The notes beneath the pieces were generated by a model. The model searched no databases. It had not been told where the DNA came from and was given only the letters and a program-made list of their open reading frames with translations. This document shows positions 8,919 to 17,546 of a stretch of 64,000 nt of DNA, in pieces; positions within the stretch are counted from its first letter, which is position 1; every line of letters starts with the position of its first letter. The position numbers were made by a program, and so were the translations under genes. This DNA is from Alphaproteobacteria bacterium (lineage in GTDB: Bacteria > Pseudomonadota > Alphaproteobacteria > UBA828): assembly GCA_963422645.2 (NCBI GenBank), contig CAXXVO010000005.1, forward strand, positions 192,001 to 256,000, written 5' to 3'.

Positions 8919-9809
8919 AGCGCGGACGGTGTTGGCAACCTGTTCTCCGGCCTGATGGGAACGGTGCCCAACACCACCTATTCCACCAGCATATCCGTCA
9001 CCGCGCTCACCGGCGTGGGCGCCCGCAGCGTGGGCGTTGCACTCGGAATCGCTTTCGTCGTGGTGGCGTTCATTCCCAAGGCGCTCGCCGTCGTGCTGGC
9101 GATACCGGGGCCGGTTGCGGCGGCCTACATCACCGTGCTGTTGGGGCTGCTCTTCGTGGTCGGCATGAGGATCGTCATCCAGGACGGGGTGGACTACCGC
9201 AAGGGCCTGATCGCCGGCGTGTCCTTCTGGATCGGGGTCGGCTTCCAGAACGGCGTGATCTTTCCCGAGCACGTCTCGGGCATCGCCGGCGGGCTCCTGG
9301 AGAACGGCATGACGGCCGGCGGCATGGCGGCGATTCTGCTCACGCTCTTCGTGGAGCTGACGGCACCCCGCCGACGCCGCATCCAGGCGCCCTTCGAGGT
9401 CGCGTCGCTGCCGAAGATCAGGGAGTTCCTGCAAACCTTCGCTTCCCGCAGCGGCTGGGGCGAGGCGATGGCCCATCGCCTGGATGCTGCCGCCGAGGAG
9501 GCGATCCTGACGCTGCTGCGGCACGAGGAAGAGGAAGAGGCGGAGGGAGCGCCGCACCGGAAGCGCCGCCTGCTACTCACCGCCCACAAGGAAGGCGGCG
9601 CTGCGGTGCTGGAATTCATTGCCGCACCCGGCGAGGAGAACGTGGAGGACCGGATCGCGCTGATGGGCGAGTCCTCCGACGATGCGCCCGAGCGGGAGGT
9701 GTCGCTACGCCTCCTGCGCCACCTCGCGTCCTCTGTCCACCACCAGCAGTATCACGACACGGATATCGTCACGATCCACGTGGAGGCCAGGGCGCCCCGC
9801 GCTAGCTGA
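8919..9809 (+). pseudogene. NCS2 permease, 3' half, with a C-terminal degenerate HATPase/RsbW-like domain
   Basis: ADGVGNLFSGLMGTVPNTTYS (NAT-motif region) and LLENGMTAG, followed by a soluble tail. Confidence 0.85.
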
Positions 9810-10629
9810 GGAACGCGTCGATCAGGCGATTAAATCGTTCTGGATTCTCCATGAACATGAAGTGATTGCCGCCGTCTGCCTCCTCGAAGATTTCGAGCTG
9901 CGAGCCGGCGATCTGCCCCTTCATCCAGACCTGTGAACGCCAGTCGATCAGGCTGACCCGGCCGCCGACGATCAGCGTCGGCAGCGCGATGCGGGGGATC
10001 AGGTCGCGCCAGTCCTGCGTCGAGTGATTGAGCAGCAGCGTGGCTGCGTGGCGGCGCGGCATCTTGCGGTTCTGCTCGATGACCCACGCCACCCGCTCGG
10101 CCGGAAAGCCGCCGGTGAACATGCTGCCTATGAGGCCCTTCGTGGTCCCCACGCCCTCCTTCCCGGCGAGGGCGGCGATGGTCTCGTAGAGGCTCGTGCC
10201 GTCGAAGATCGCACCGGCGTCCTGCTTCTCCTGCTCGGACCACTCGTTGCGCGCGGTAATGCCCGGCATCTGGTCGACGAGGACGAGCCGCTCCAGCCCC
10301 GCTTCGCCGAAGAGGTCGATGTAGCACCAGATCACGGAGCACCCCATGGAGTGGCCGAGCAGGCTCACCCGCTCCAGCCCGAGCGCCTCAATGGCATTGC
10401 GAAGGTCCATGGCGAGACGCTGGATCTTGTAGCCGTGCTCGGGCTTGTCTGATTCGCCGTGCCCGCGCATGTCGAAGGCGATGACCCGGCGCTTGGCCGA
10501 AAGCCCCTCCACCTGAGCCTCGAACTGCGCGGCGCTCTGCGACCAGCCGGGGATCATGACGAGGGGCGCGCCGCTGCCTTGCTCCACATAGTGAAGGCGG
10601 ATCCCGTCGTTCGTCGTGACATGCGGCAT
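9802..10629 (-). CDS. Alpha/beta hydrolase (non-heme haloperoxidase-like)
   Basis: DMRGHGES, GHSMG nucleophile elbow, C-terminal His (GNHF). Confidence 0.9.
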   Translation of the reverse strand: MPHVTTNDGIRLHYVEQGSGAPLVMIPGWSQSAAQFEAQVEGLSAKRRVIAFDMRGHGESDKPEHGYKIQRLAMDLRNAIEALGLERVSLLGHSMGCSVIWCYIDLFGEAGLERLVLVDQMPGITARNEWSEQEKQDAGAIFDGTSLYETIAALAGKEGVGTTKGLIGSMFTGGFPAERVAWVIEQNRKMPRRHAATLLLNHSTQDWRDLIPRIALPTLIVGGRVSLIDWRSQVWMKGQIAGSQLEIFEEADGGNHFMFMENPERFNRLIDAFLS

Positions 10630-10644
10630 GGTTCCGTCTCCCCC

Positions 10645-11850
10645 TCAAGCTGCCCTTCTTGCCGACACGCCGAGCCGCTCGCGGCGGGGCAGGCAGGCGT
10701 AGAATAGCGCGCCCACGAAGGCGAGCACGGCGATCAGGATAACCGCGGTGCCGTAGTGTTGCTCGGCATCGTAGATCGCACCTGCGCTGAACGGCCCGAG
10801 CAGGCCGCCGAGCCCATAGGCGATGGCAATGCGGCCGAAGACCCGCGGCAGCGCCGCCGCCCCGTAATAGCCCGCGATGGTCACGGGGTGAGCGCTTGCG
10901 AGAACGCCGAAGGCCAGCCCGACCGCAGTGATGGCGGTAAGCCCCATGATGACGCCGGGCGCGAAGAAGAGCGCCAGCAGAAACACGCCCATGACGAGCC
11001 CGACACCCACAAGCACGCGTCGGCCCGTCAGCGCATCGACGAGAAGACCGCCGACCAGCCCGCCGGCAGCGTAGCCTGCGCTGGAGAGCATCGGCGCGAA
11101 CTGGGTCTGGTCGGAAGATGCTCCCCAGGCGGCCATCATCGTCGCCGCGTGGCCGATGGCGGCGAGTGCGACGAAAGCGGTGCAGAGGAAGCCGAAAAAG
11201 ATCGCGATCACCACGCGAGGCCGGTGGGTCAGTATGTCCTGGAACAGCCCGGTCGTGCCGGCCGCCGGCGGTGTCTTGCCGGAGAGCGTGATGAGCGCAG
11301 CGGCAATCGCAATGGCCAGAAAAATCGCTGCTGCCGACACGCCAAAGGTCATCTCCGGCCCCGTCCCGGCGATCAGGGTGGCCAGACCGGGTGACCAGGC
11401 GATGCCGCCCACGGCGACCGCCGACATGTTGATGCTCATGGCGATGCTGGGTCTCACCGGCCCGTCGATGCTCGCCGCGGTCATAGCGACGAAATAGACG
11501 ATGCCGACGGCAAAGCCGAAGAGAAGGCCGTAGCCGACATAGAGTGCCGCGACCGATTGGCCGAAGCCCGCGAGCGCGAGCCCGGCCGCGGACAGCGCGC
11601 CCATGACCAGGGTGAGCTGCGGGAGCGTAAACCAGTGCAGCAGCCGGTGCATCACGAAGCAGCCGATCGTCGCGGTCAGCAGGCAAAGCGATTGTGCGCC
11701 GCTCACCGTCGCGCGGTCGGCGTCCAACTCGGTTTCGAGCGGCGCCACGAAGACGCTCCACGCGTAGAGGATCCCGGTCGAGAGATTGATCAGGACTCCC
11801 GCAGCGAGCGGAAAGTACGGGCGCAGCGCCGCCCCCAGTCGCGATTCCAT
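10645..11850 (-). CDS. MFS transporter (OFA-like)
   Basis: GILYAWSVF N-terminus; about 12 TM segments. Confidence 0.85.
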   Translation of the reverse strand: MESRLGAALRPYFPLAAGVLINLSTGILYAWSVFVAPLETELDADRATVSGAQSLCLLTATIGCFVMHRLLHWFTLPQLTLVMGALSAAGLALAGFGQSVAALYVGYGLLFGFAVGIVYFVAMTAASIDGPVRPSIAMSINMSAVAVGGIAWSPGLATLIAGTGPEMTFGVSAAAIFLAIAIAAALITLSGKTPPAAGTTGLFQDILTHRPRVVIAIFFGFLCTAFVALAAIGHAATMMAAWGASSDQTQFAPMLSSAGYAAGGLVGGLLVDALTGRRVLVGVGLVMGVFLLALFFAPGVIMGLTAITAVGLAFGVLASAHPVTIAGYYGAAALPRVFGRIAIAYGLGGLLGPFSAGAIYDAEQHYGTAVILIAVLAFVGALFYACLPRRERLGVSARRAA

Positions 11851-11906
11851 CGGCGCTCCACGGTCGGATGCGCCACGGTGGTCTAAGCGGGTGGCGCGCG
11901 GCCAGC

Positions 11907-12350
11907 CTATGGGCGGCGATCCGGCCCGTCCAGTGGTGGGCTCGCCGCATCGGCGTTCGCCCGCGCGCGCCGGCCAAGCCAGAACACGGCGATCCAGATC
12001 GGCAGGCTCAGCACCACGGCGACGATGGCGATGCCGGGCGGGCCGAACAGACCGGCGGGGAGCGACGCCGCCACCGTGGCGGCCCCGAGGACGACGCCCC
12101 CGATCCACGCCGCGCGCGCGTGCCCGAGCCGCCCCAGCCGCCGGCAGGCCAATGCCAGCGGCAGGCCGCAGACCGCGGCCACGATCAGCGACGGCAGGGC
12201 CATAAGCGCCGCCGTCGCCCCCTCGCCGGGCGCCATTGCAGTTGACCCGAAGCGGACCGCGGCCGACACCAGCAAGCCTGCCGGCAGCCATAGCAGCGCT
12301 GCGGCGTAGAAGGCGGCTTGCGAGCGCCGGCGCGGGGAGCGATCCGCCAT
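11907..12350 (-). CDS. Hypothetical membrane protein in the copA operon
   Basis: Four hydrophobic segments; starts 8 bp after the cytochrome c stop. Confidence 0.6.
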   Translation of the reverse strand: MADRSPRRRSQAAFYAAALLWLPAGLLVSAAVRFGSTAMAPGEGATAALMALPSLIVAAVCGLPLALACRRLGRLGHARAAWIGGVVLGAATVAASLPAGLFGPPGIAIVAVVLSLPIWIAVFWLGRRARANADAASPPLDGPDRRP

Positions 12351-12358
12351 GCTGCCGT

Positions 12359-12820
12359 CTACTCCTCCCCGTGGGACGTGGCTTCCTGCCGCGTCATGTC
12401 TTCCTGGTGGCTGCGCATGAGCTCGGGCCAGGTGCTCTTGATGAAGGCGAGGACATCGCGAATTTGATCGTCGGTGAGCAGATGACCGAAGCCCGGCATG
12501 CCGCTCTCGAAATCTGACACGCCACGCATGGCCAGCGTCGCCTCGCCGCCCAGCTTGGTGTAGTCGAAGAGCAGCCGGTCGCCGTGATGCCAGGTGTGGC
12601 CGGTCTCGTCGTGAGGCGGTGCCGGATAGAGGCCGTCGGCGCCTCGCCTGCGCCAGTCCGGCGCGCCTTCCAGCTCGGCGCCGTGGCACGAGGCGCAGTG
12701 TTCGGCATAAAGCGCGGCGCCCTGTGCGAGGTCGTCCGACGCCCCGGCGACCTGCCCGACCGACAGCCAGCCGGCGATGGCCGCCGTCGCCACGACGATT
12801 GCTGGTGCTGTCAACCGCAT
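12359..12820 (-). CDS. Monoheme cytochrome c
   Basis: Signal peptide, CASCH, APPHDETGHTWHH, MPGF. Confidence 0.9.
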   Translation of the reverse strand: MRLTAPAIVVATAAIAGWLSVGQVAGASDDLAQGAALYAEHCASCHGAELEGAPDWRRRGADGLYPAPPHDETGHTWHHGDRLLFDYTKLGGEATLAMRGVSDFESGMPGFGHLLTDDQIRDVLAFIKSTWPELMRSHQEDMTRQEATSHGEE

Positions 12821-12827
12821 GCCGCCC

Positions 12828-15134
12828 TCAAACCCGCGCCGCGCGGAGGCGGAGCGCATTGCCGATGACCGACACCGAGGAGAGGCTCATCACGGCGGCG
12901 GCGATCATCGGCGAAAGCAGGATGCCGAAGGGGGGGAAGAGCACGCCGGCGGCAATGGGGATGGCGGCGGCGTTGTAGACGAAGGCGAGGAAGAGGTTCT
13001 GGCGCACGTTGCCCATGGTCGCCCGCGCCAGCCTGCGGGCGCGCACGATACCGCGCAGGTCGCCCTTCACCAGGGTGATGCCGGCACTCTCCATCGCGAT
13101 ATCGGCGCCGGTACCGAGCGCGATACCGACATCGGCAAGGGCCAGAGCCGGCGCGTCGTTCACCCCGTCGCCGGCCATGGCGACGGCCCGGCCCTGTTGG
13201 CGGAAGTGCTCGACGAGCGCGCCTTTCTCCTCCGGCCCGAGCCCGGCGTGCACCTCGTCGATACCCAATGCGGCGGCGACGGTCTCGGCCACACGCGGGC
13301 TGTCGCCGCTCGCCATGACGATGGTGAGGCCCATCCCCTCGAGGGAGCGCAGGGCCTCGGGCGCGCTTTCCCGCACCCTGTCGGCAACCCCGATCACGCC
13401 TGCGAGGGCGCCGTTCACCGCGACATACATCGCAGTCTTGCCCGCATCTTCCAGCGCCTCGGCCTGGCGGGCGTGCTCCGCGAGCGGGATACCCTGTGCC
13501 TTCATCATGGCGGCGTTGCCGAGTGCGACCGCGTGGCCCTCGACCCGGCCGAGCACGCCCCGGCCGGCCACGGACTCCACGTCGCGCGCCGCGAGATACG
13601 GCGCGCTTGCGGCTTCCGCCGCTTCGACGACCGCCTCGGCGAGCGGGTGCTGCGCGCTTCGCTCCAGCGCCGCCGCCAGAGCGAGCAGCCGCGCCCTCTC
13701 GACGTCGCCCAAGGGGATGACGTCGGTCACGGCCGGCCGCCCTTCGGTGAGCGTGCCGGTCTTGTCGACGACCAGCAGGTCAGCCTTGGCGAGGCGCTCC
13801 AGCGCCTCGGCATCGCGCACCAGCACGCCGGCCTGCGCGCCGCGCCCAGCGGCCACCATGATCGACATCGGCGTTGCCAGCCCGAGCGCGCAGGGGCAGG
13901 CGATGATCAGCACGCTCACGGCCGCGCTCAGCGCGTAGGCCAGCGCGGGCGAGGGGCCCGCCACCAGCCAGCCGATGGCCGCCAGCAGAGCGACGGCGAC
14001 CACGGCCGGCACGAAGACGCCTGCGACCCGGTCCGCCAGCGCCTGGATCGGCGCGCGGCTGCGCTGCGCCTTCGCCACCAGCGCGACGATGCGGGCGAGC
14101 GTGGTTTCGGCCCCGACCCGCTCTGCCCGCATCACGAGGCTGCCGGACTTGGCGAGCGTGCCGCCGGTGAGCGGATCGCCCGGCTCTTTCTCCACCGGGA
14201 GCGGCTCGCCGCTGATCATGCTCTCGTCGAGGGTGGCGCGGCCCTCGGTCACGATGCCATCCACGGGCACGCTCTCGCCCGGGCGGACGCGGAGCCGGTC
14301 GCCGACGCGGACTTCGTCGAGCGGCACGTCGGCCTCGCGCCCTTCTTCCAATCGGCGTGCCGTCTTCGGCGCGAGGCCCATGAGCGCGCGGATGGCGTCG
14401 CCCGTCCGCTCTCGGGCAGCCGTCTCCATCACTTGCCCGGCCAGCACGAGCACGAGGATCACCGCTGCCGCCTCGAAGTAGGCCGGCGGCTGCCCGCTCG
14501 CGCCGAGCACTGCGGCAGGAAAGGCGCCGGGCGCGAGCAGGCCTGCGAGGCTGAAGAGCCATGCGGCGCCGGTGCCCAGCGCGATCAGCGTCCACATGTT
14601 GGGGGAGCGGTTGCGCACCGAGGCGAGGCCGCGCAGGAAGAACGCGCGCGCGATCCAGAGCACCGGCGTCGCGAGAAGGAACTGTAGGGCGATGAAGAGC
14701 CGCGGCCCGATCCAGGAATCGAAGGGAATGCCGGCGTGGCTCCCCATCTCCAGCGCGAAAACGGCGGCCGCGAGCGGCCCGGCAAGCCAGAGCCGGCGTT
14801 GCAGGTCGCGAAGCTCGGGCGAGGGCCCTGCGTCGGCCACCGGCATCATCGGCTCCAGCGCCATGCCGCAGATGGGGCAGTCGCCCGGTGAAGCCTGCAC
14901 GATCTCGGGGTCCATCGGGCAGGTGTAGAGGCTGCCCTCGGGCGCAGGCTCGGGCGCCGGGCGCTCGCCGAGGAATTCTTCAGGCGCTGCGGTGAATCGC
15001 TCCCGGCAGCGGGCGCAGCAGAAGTAGAAGGTCTGACCCCGGTGCCGGGCCGTGTGGCGGGCGCCGACGGGCTCCACGCTCATCCCGCAGACGGGATCGC
15101 GCGCCGTCGTCTCCACCGCTGCACCTGGTTCCAC
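12828..15134 (-). CDS. copA: Cu(I) P1B-type ATPase with YHS and heavy-metal-binding domains
   Basis: DPVCGM, YTCPMDP, CPCALGL, DKTGT, GDGVND, YN and MSLSS motifs. Confidence 0.95.
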   Translation of the reverse strand: MEPGAAVETTARDPVCGMSVEPVGARHTARHRGQTFYFCCARCRERFTAAPEEFLGERPAPEPAPEGSLYTCPMDPEIVQASPGDCPICGMALEPMMPVADAGPSPELRDLQRRLWLAGPLAAAVFALEMGSHAGIPFDSWIGPRLFIALQFLLATPVLWIARAFFLRGLASVRNRSPNMWTLIALGTGAAWLFSLAGLLAPGAFPAAVLGASGQPPAYFEAAAVILVLVLAGQVMETAARERTGDAIRALMGLAPKTARRLEEGREADVPLDEVRVGDRLRVRPGESVPVDGIVTEGRATLDESMISGEPLPVEKEPGDPLTGGTLAKSGSLVMRAERVGAETTLARIVALVAKAQRSRAPIQALADRVAGVFVPAVVAVALLAAIGWLVAGPSPALAYALSAAVSVLIIACPCALGLATPMSIMVAAGRGAQAGVLVRDAEALERLAKADLLVVDKTGTLTEGRPAVTDVIPLGDVERARLLALAAALERSAQHPLAEAVVEAAEAASAPYLAARDVESVAGRGVLGRVEGHAVALGNAAMMKAQGIPLAEHARQAEALEDAGKTAMYVAVNGALAGVIGVADRVRESAPEALRSLEGMGLTIVMASGDSPRVAETVAAALGIDEVHAGLGPEEKGALVEHFRQQGRAVAMAGDGVNDAPALALADVGIALGTGADIAMESAGITLVKGDLRGIVRARRLARATMGNVRQNLFLAFVYNAAAIPIAAGVLFPPFGILLSPMIAAAVMSLSSVSVIGNALRLRAARV

Positions 15135-15165
15135 TGCAAACCTCGTGTGGACTTCGCTTCCCGGG

Positions 15166-15196
15166 AATGTAGAGAGTCCAGTTGCTGGAAGGTCAA
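15166..15196 (-). promoter_or_regulatory. CueR-type promoter for copA
   Basis: TTGACC-N19-TACATT with an ACCTTCCAG..CTGGA dyad in the spacer. Confidence 0.8.
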
Positions 15197-15209
15197 GGAG
15201 ATGCGGCTC

Positions 15210-15240
15210 TTGACCTTCCCGCCACAGGAACCTTTATGAC
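15210..15240 (+). promoter_or_regulatory. CueR-type promoter for cueR
   Basis: TTGACC-N19-TATGAC with an ACCTTCC-N7-GGAA dyad. Confidence 0.75.
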
Positions 15241-15258
15241 CATGGAGCGGAGGTGGCC

Positions 15259-15663
15259 ATGAAGATAGCTGACGTGGCCGAAGCAAGCGGGCTCTCGGCA
15301 AAGACGATCCGCTACTACGAGGAAATCGGCCTCGTGCGACCGATGCGGGGCGAGAACGGGTACCGCGCGTTCGTCGAGACCGACGTGCACAAGCTGACCT
15401 TCCTCGCCCGCGCCCGCTCCCTCGGGTTCTCGATCAAGGAGTGCCGCACGCTGCTCTCGCTCTACGAGGACCGCGCGCGTGCCAGTTCGGACGTGAAGGC
15501 CCTGGCCGAGGCGCATCTGCGCCGCATCGACCACAAGATCGCCGAGCTCGAGGGGCTGCGCGGCACGCTCGCGACCCTGGTGGCACGCTGCCACGGCGAC
15601 GAGCGCCCGGACTGTCCCATTCTGGACGACCTCGCAGGCCCGTTTGTGGGAGACGGACAATGA
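15259..15663 (+). CDS. cueR: Cu(I)-responsive MerR regulator
   Basis: KTIRYYEEIGL; CHGDERPDCPIL metal loop. Confidence 0.95.
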   Translation: MKIADVAEASGLSAKTIRYYEEIGLVRPMRGENGYRAFVETDVHKLTFLARARSLGFSIKECRTLLSLYEDRARASSDVKALAEAHLRRIDHKIAELEGLRGTLATLVARCHGDERPDCPILDDLAGPFVGDGQ

Positions 15664-16142
15664 AGAAAAGACACAATACTCGCCGACCTCGCGGGTCCGC
15701 TTCCTCGAGCCGAACCAAGCGGAAGAAGCTGACGGACAGGCTTTACCTTGTCGCGATTGCGGCTGCGGTGGTTGTGGGCGTTGTGGGATGGCTGCAATGG
15801 TTCGACGACGACCACGACCAGCACGGCGATGTGGGTTCGGCGTTGACCATTCCTGCTTTCACGGCCGAGGCGGAGGCCGGCCAGGCGCTCTTCGAGGAGA
15901 ACTGCGTGACCTGTCACGGCCAGAACGCCACCGGCTCGGACCAGGGGCCTCCGCTGGTCCATCGGATATACGAGCCGAATCATCATGGCGATCTGTCATT
16001 CCGCCTCGCCGCACGGCAGGGCGTTCGCGCCCATCACTGGAAATTCGGCAACATGCCGCCGGTCGAGGGCGTCTCGGACGACGACGTCATCAAGATCACG
16101 CGCTACGTGCGCGAGCTGCAGAAGGCAAACGGCATCTATTGA
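15660..16142 (+). CDS. Membrane-anchored monoheme cytochrome c
   Basis: TM anchor, CVTCH, YEPNHHGD, AHHWKFGNMP; ATGA overlap with cueR. Confidence 0.88.
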   Translation: MKKRHNTRRPRGSASSSRTKRKKLTDRLYLVAIAAAVVVGVVGWLQWFDDDHDQHGDVGSALTIPAFTAEAEAGQALFEENCVTCHGQNATGSDQGPPLVHRIYEPNHHGDLSFRLAARQGVRAHHWKFGNMPPVEGVSDDDVIKITRYVRELQKANGIY

Positions 16143-16337
16143 GCCGGCGCTCATGCGTTCCATGTTCACGCGGTCGGCACGTGCGAGCCGCGCTTCAAGT
16201 CGGCAGGCGGTCACTTCAATCCGGGGGGCGCGAAGCACGGGATTGACAGTGCCGAGGGGATGCACGTCGGCGACATGCCCAACATTCACGTCCCTGACTC
16301 GGGCGCGCTGGAGATCGAGGTGCTGAACACGCAGCTG
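16143..16337 (+). pseudogene. sodC: Cu/Zn superoxide dismutase internal fragment
   Basis: HAFHVHAVGTCEPRFKSAGGHFNPGGAKHG..HVGDMPNI; no start codon, signal peptide or C-terminal third. Confidence 0.85.
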
Positions 16338-16455
16338 CATCACCCAATAGCACTGCCTAAGAGGCGTGGAGAGCCGGCGCACCGCCCCGACAGCCCGCCG
16401 TCGCGGCTCTCTGCGTGCTTGTGGTGCATGCGCCGGGTCCGCTAGGACTCGGGCC

Positions 16456-17532
16456 ATGAGCGAGCGTGGCAATCCGGCCTTCGGCTTCACCGTGGGTCCG
16501 GTGATGCCTGCGGAGCAGGATGGTGCCGCCGGCGACCGGCAGCGCTACCGCGAGATGCTGGACGACTGCCGGTTCGGGCAGGCACTGGGTTTCGGCAGCG
16601 TCTGGGTGCTCGAGCACCACTTTACCGACTACTACCCCTCGCCCTCGCCGCTGCTCTTCCTGAGCCACGTCGCGGCGGCCTGCCCCGGCTTGGGGTTGGG
16701 CACCGCGGTCATCGTGCTGCCCTGGTACGAGCCGGTGCGCTTCGCCGAAGAGGTGGCGATGCTGAGCCTGATGACCGACGCCGACCTGCATCTCGGCCTC
16801 GGGCGCGGCGTGGCCAGGATCGAGTACGACGCGCGCGCCATCGACATGGCGCACTCGCGCGAGCTCTTCCGCGAGCACTGCGAGATCGCCAAGGGGCTGC
16901 TGAGCGGCGCGCCCTTCCGCTACGAGGGCGCACACGCCACCATCCCGCGCGAGGTGTCGCTGCGGCCGGGGCCGGCCAGCGAGCGCATCCACCTCTATGG
17001 TGCCTGCAACAACCCGGGCACTGCTGAGCGCATGGCGGAGATGGGTCTCGGCCTGCTCTGCACCTCGGCCTCGCCCTTCCGGCAGAACGCCGAGTCAATC
17101 GCGGCGTGGAAGGCGATCGCCGCGTCCAAGGGCGGGGATGCCGACGCCAACATCCCGCTCTGGATCCACTGCTTCATCGCGGACAGCGAAGCGCGCGCCA
17201 AGGACGAGGCGATCGCTTTTCTCGCTGCCTTCTTCCGCGCGGTGGTCCAGCACTACGAGACCCACGCCAACCCGTGGAAGGACGTGCCCACCTACGAGCG
17301 CAACGTTCAGCAGATGGAGCGGATGGAGGCGATGGCGGACCCCGCCAACCTGCCGCCCTTCCTGGAGCACCAGCTGGTCGGCACGCCCGAGCAGGTGGCG
17401 GCCCAGGTGCGGCGCTATCGGGAGATTGGGATCACCCAGTTCGCGATCAACACGGCGCAGCCCAGCCGGCCCGCCGAAAGCCGCCACCGCTCCATGGAAC
17501 GCTTTGCCCGCGAGGTGATCCCGCTGGTCTGA
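16456..17532 (+). CDS. LLM-class flavin-dependent oxidoreductase
   Basis: WVLEHHF, PVRFAEEVAML, LGLGRG, LVGTPEQV. Confidence 0.9.
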   Translation: MSERGNPAFGFTVGPVMPAEQDGAAGDRQRYREMLDDCRFGQALGFGSVWVLEHHFTDYYPSPSPLLFLSHVAAACPGLGLGTAVIVLPWYEPVRFAEEVAMLSLMTDADLHLGLGRGVARIEYDARAIDMAHSRELFREHCEIAKGLLSGAPFRYEGAHATIPREVSLRPGPASERIHLYGACNNPGTAERMAEMGLGLLCTSASPFRQNAESIAAWKAIAASKGGDADANIPLWIHCFIADSEARAKDEAIAFLAAFFRAVVQHYETHANPWKDVPTYERNVQQMERMEAMADPANLPPFLEHQLVGTPEQVAAQVRRYREIGITQFAINTAQPSRPAESRHRSMERFAREVIPLV

Positions 17533-17546
17533 GCGTTCGGCTCCCT

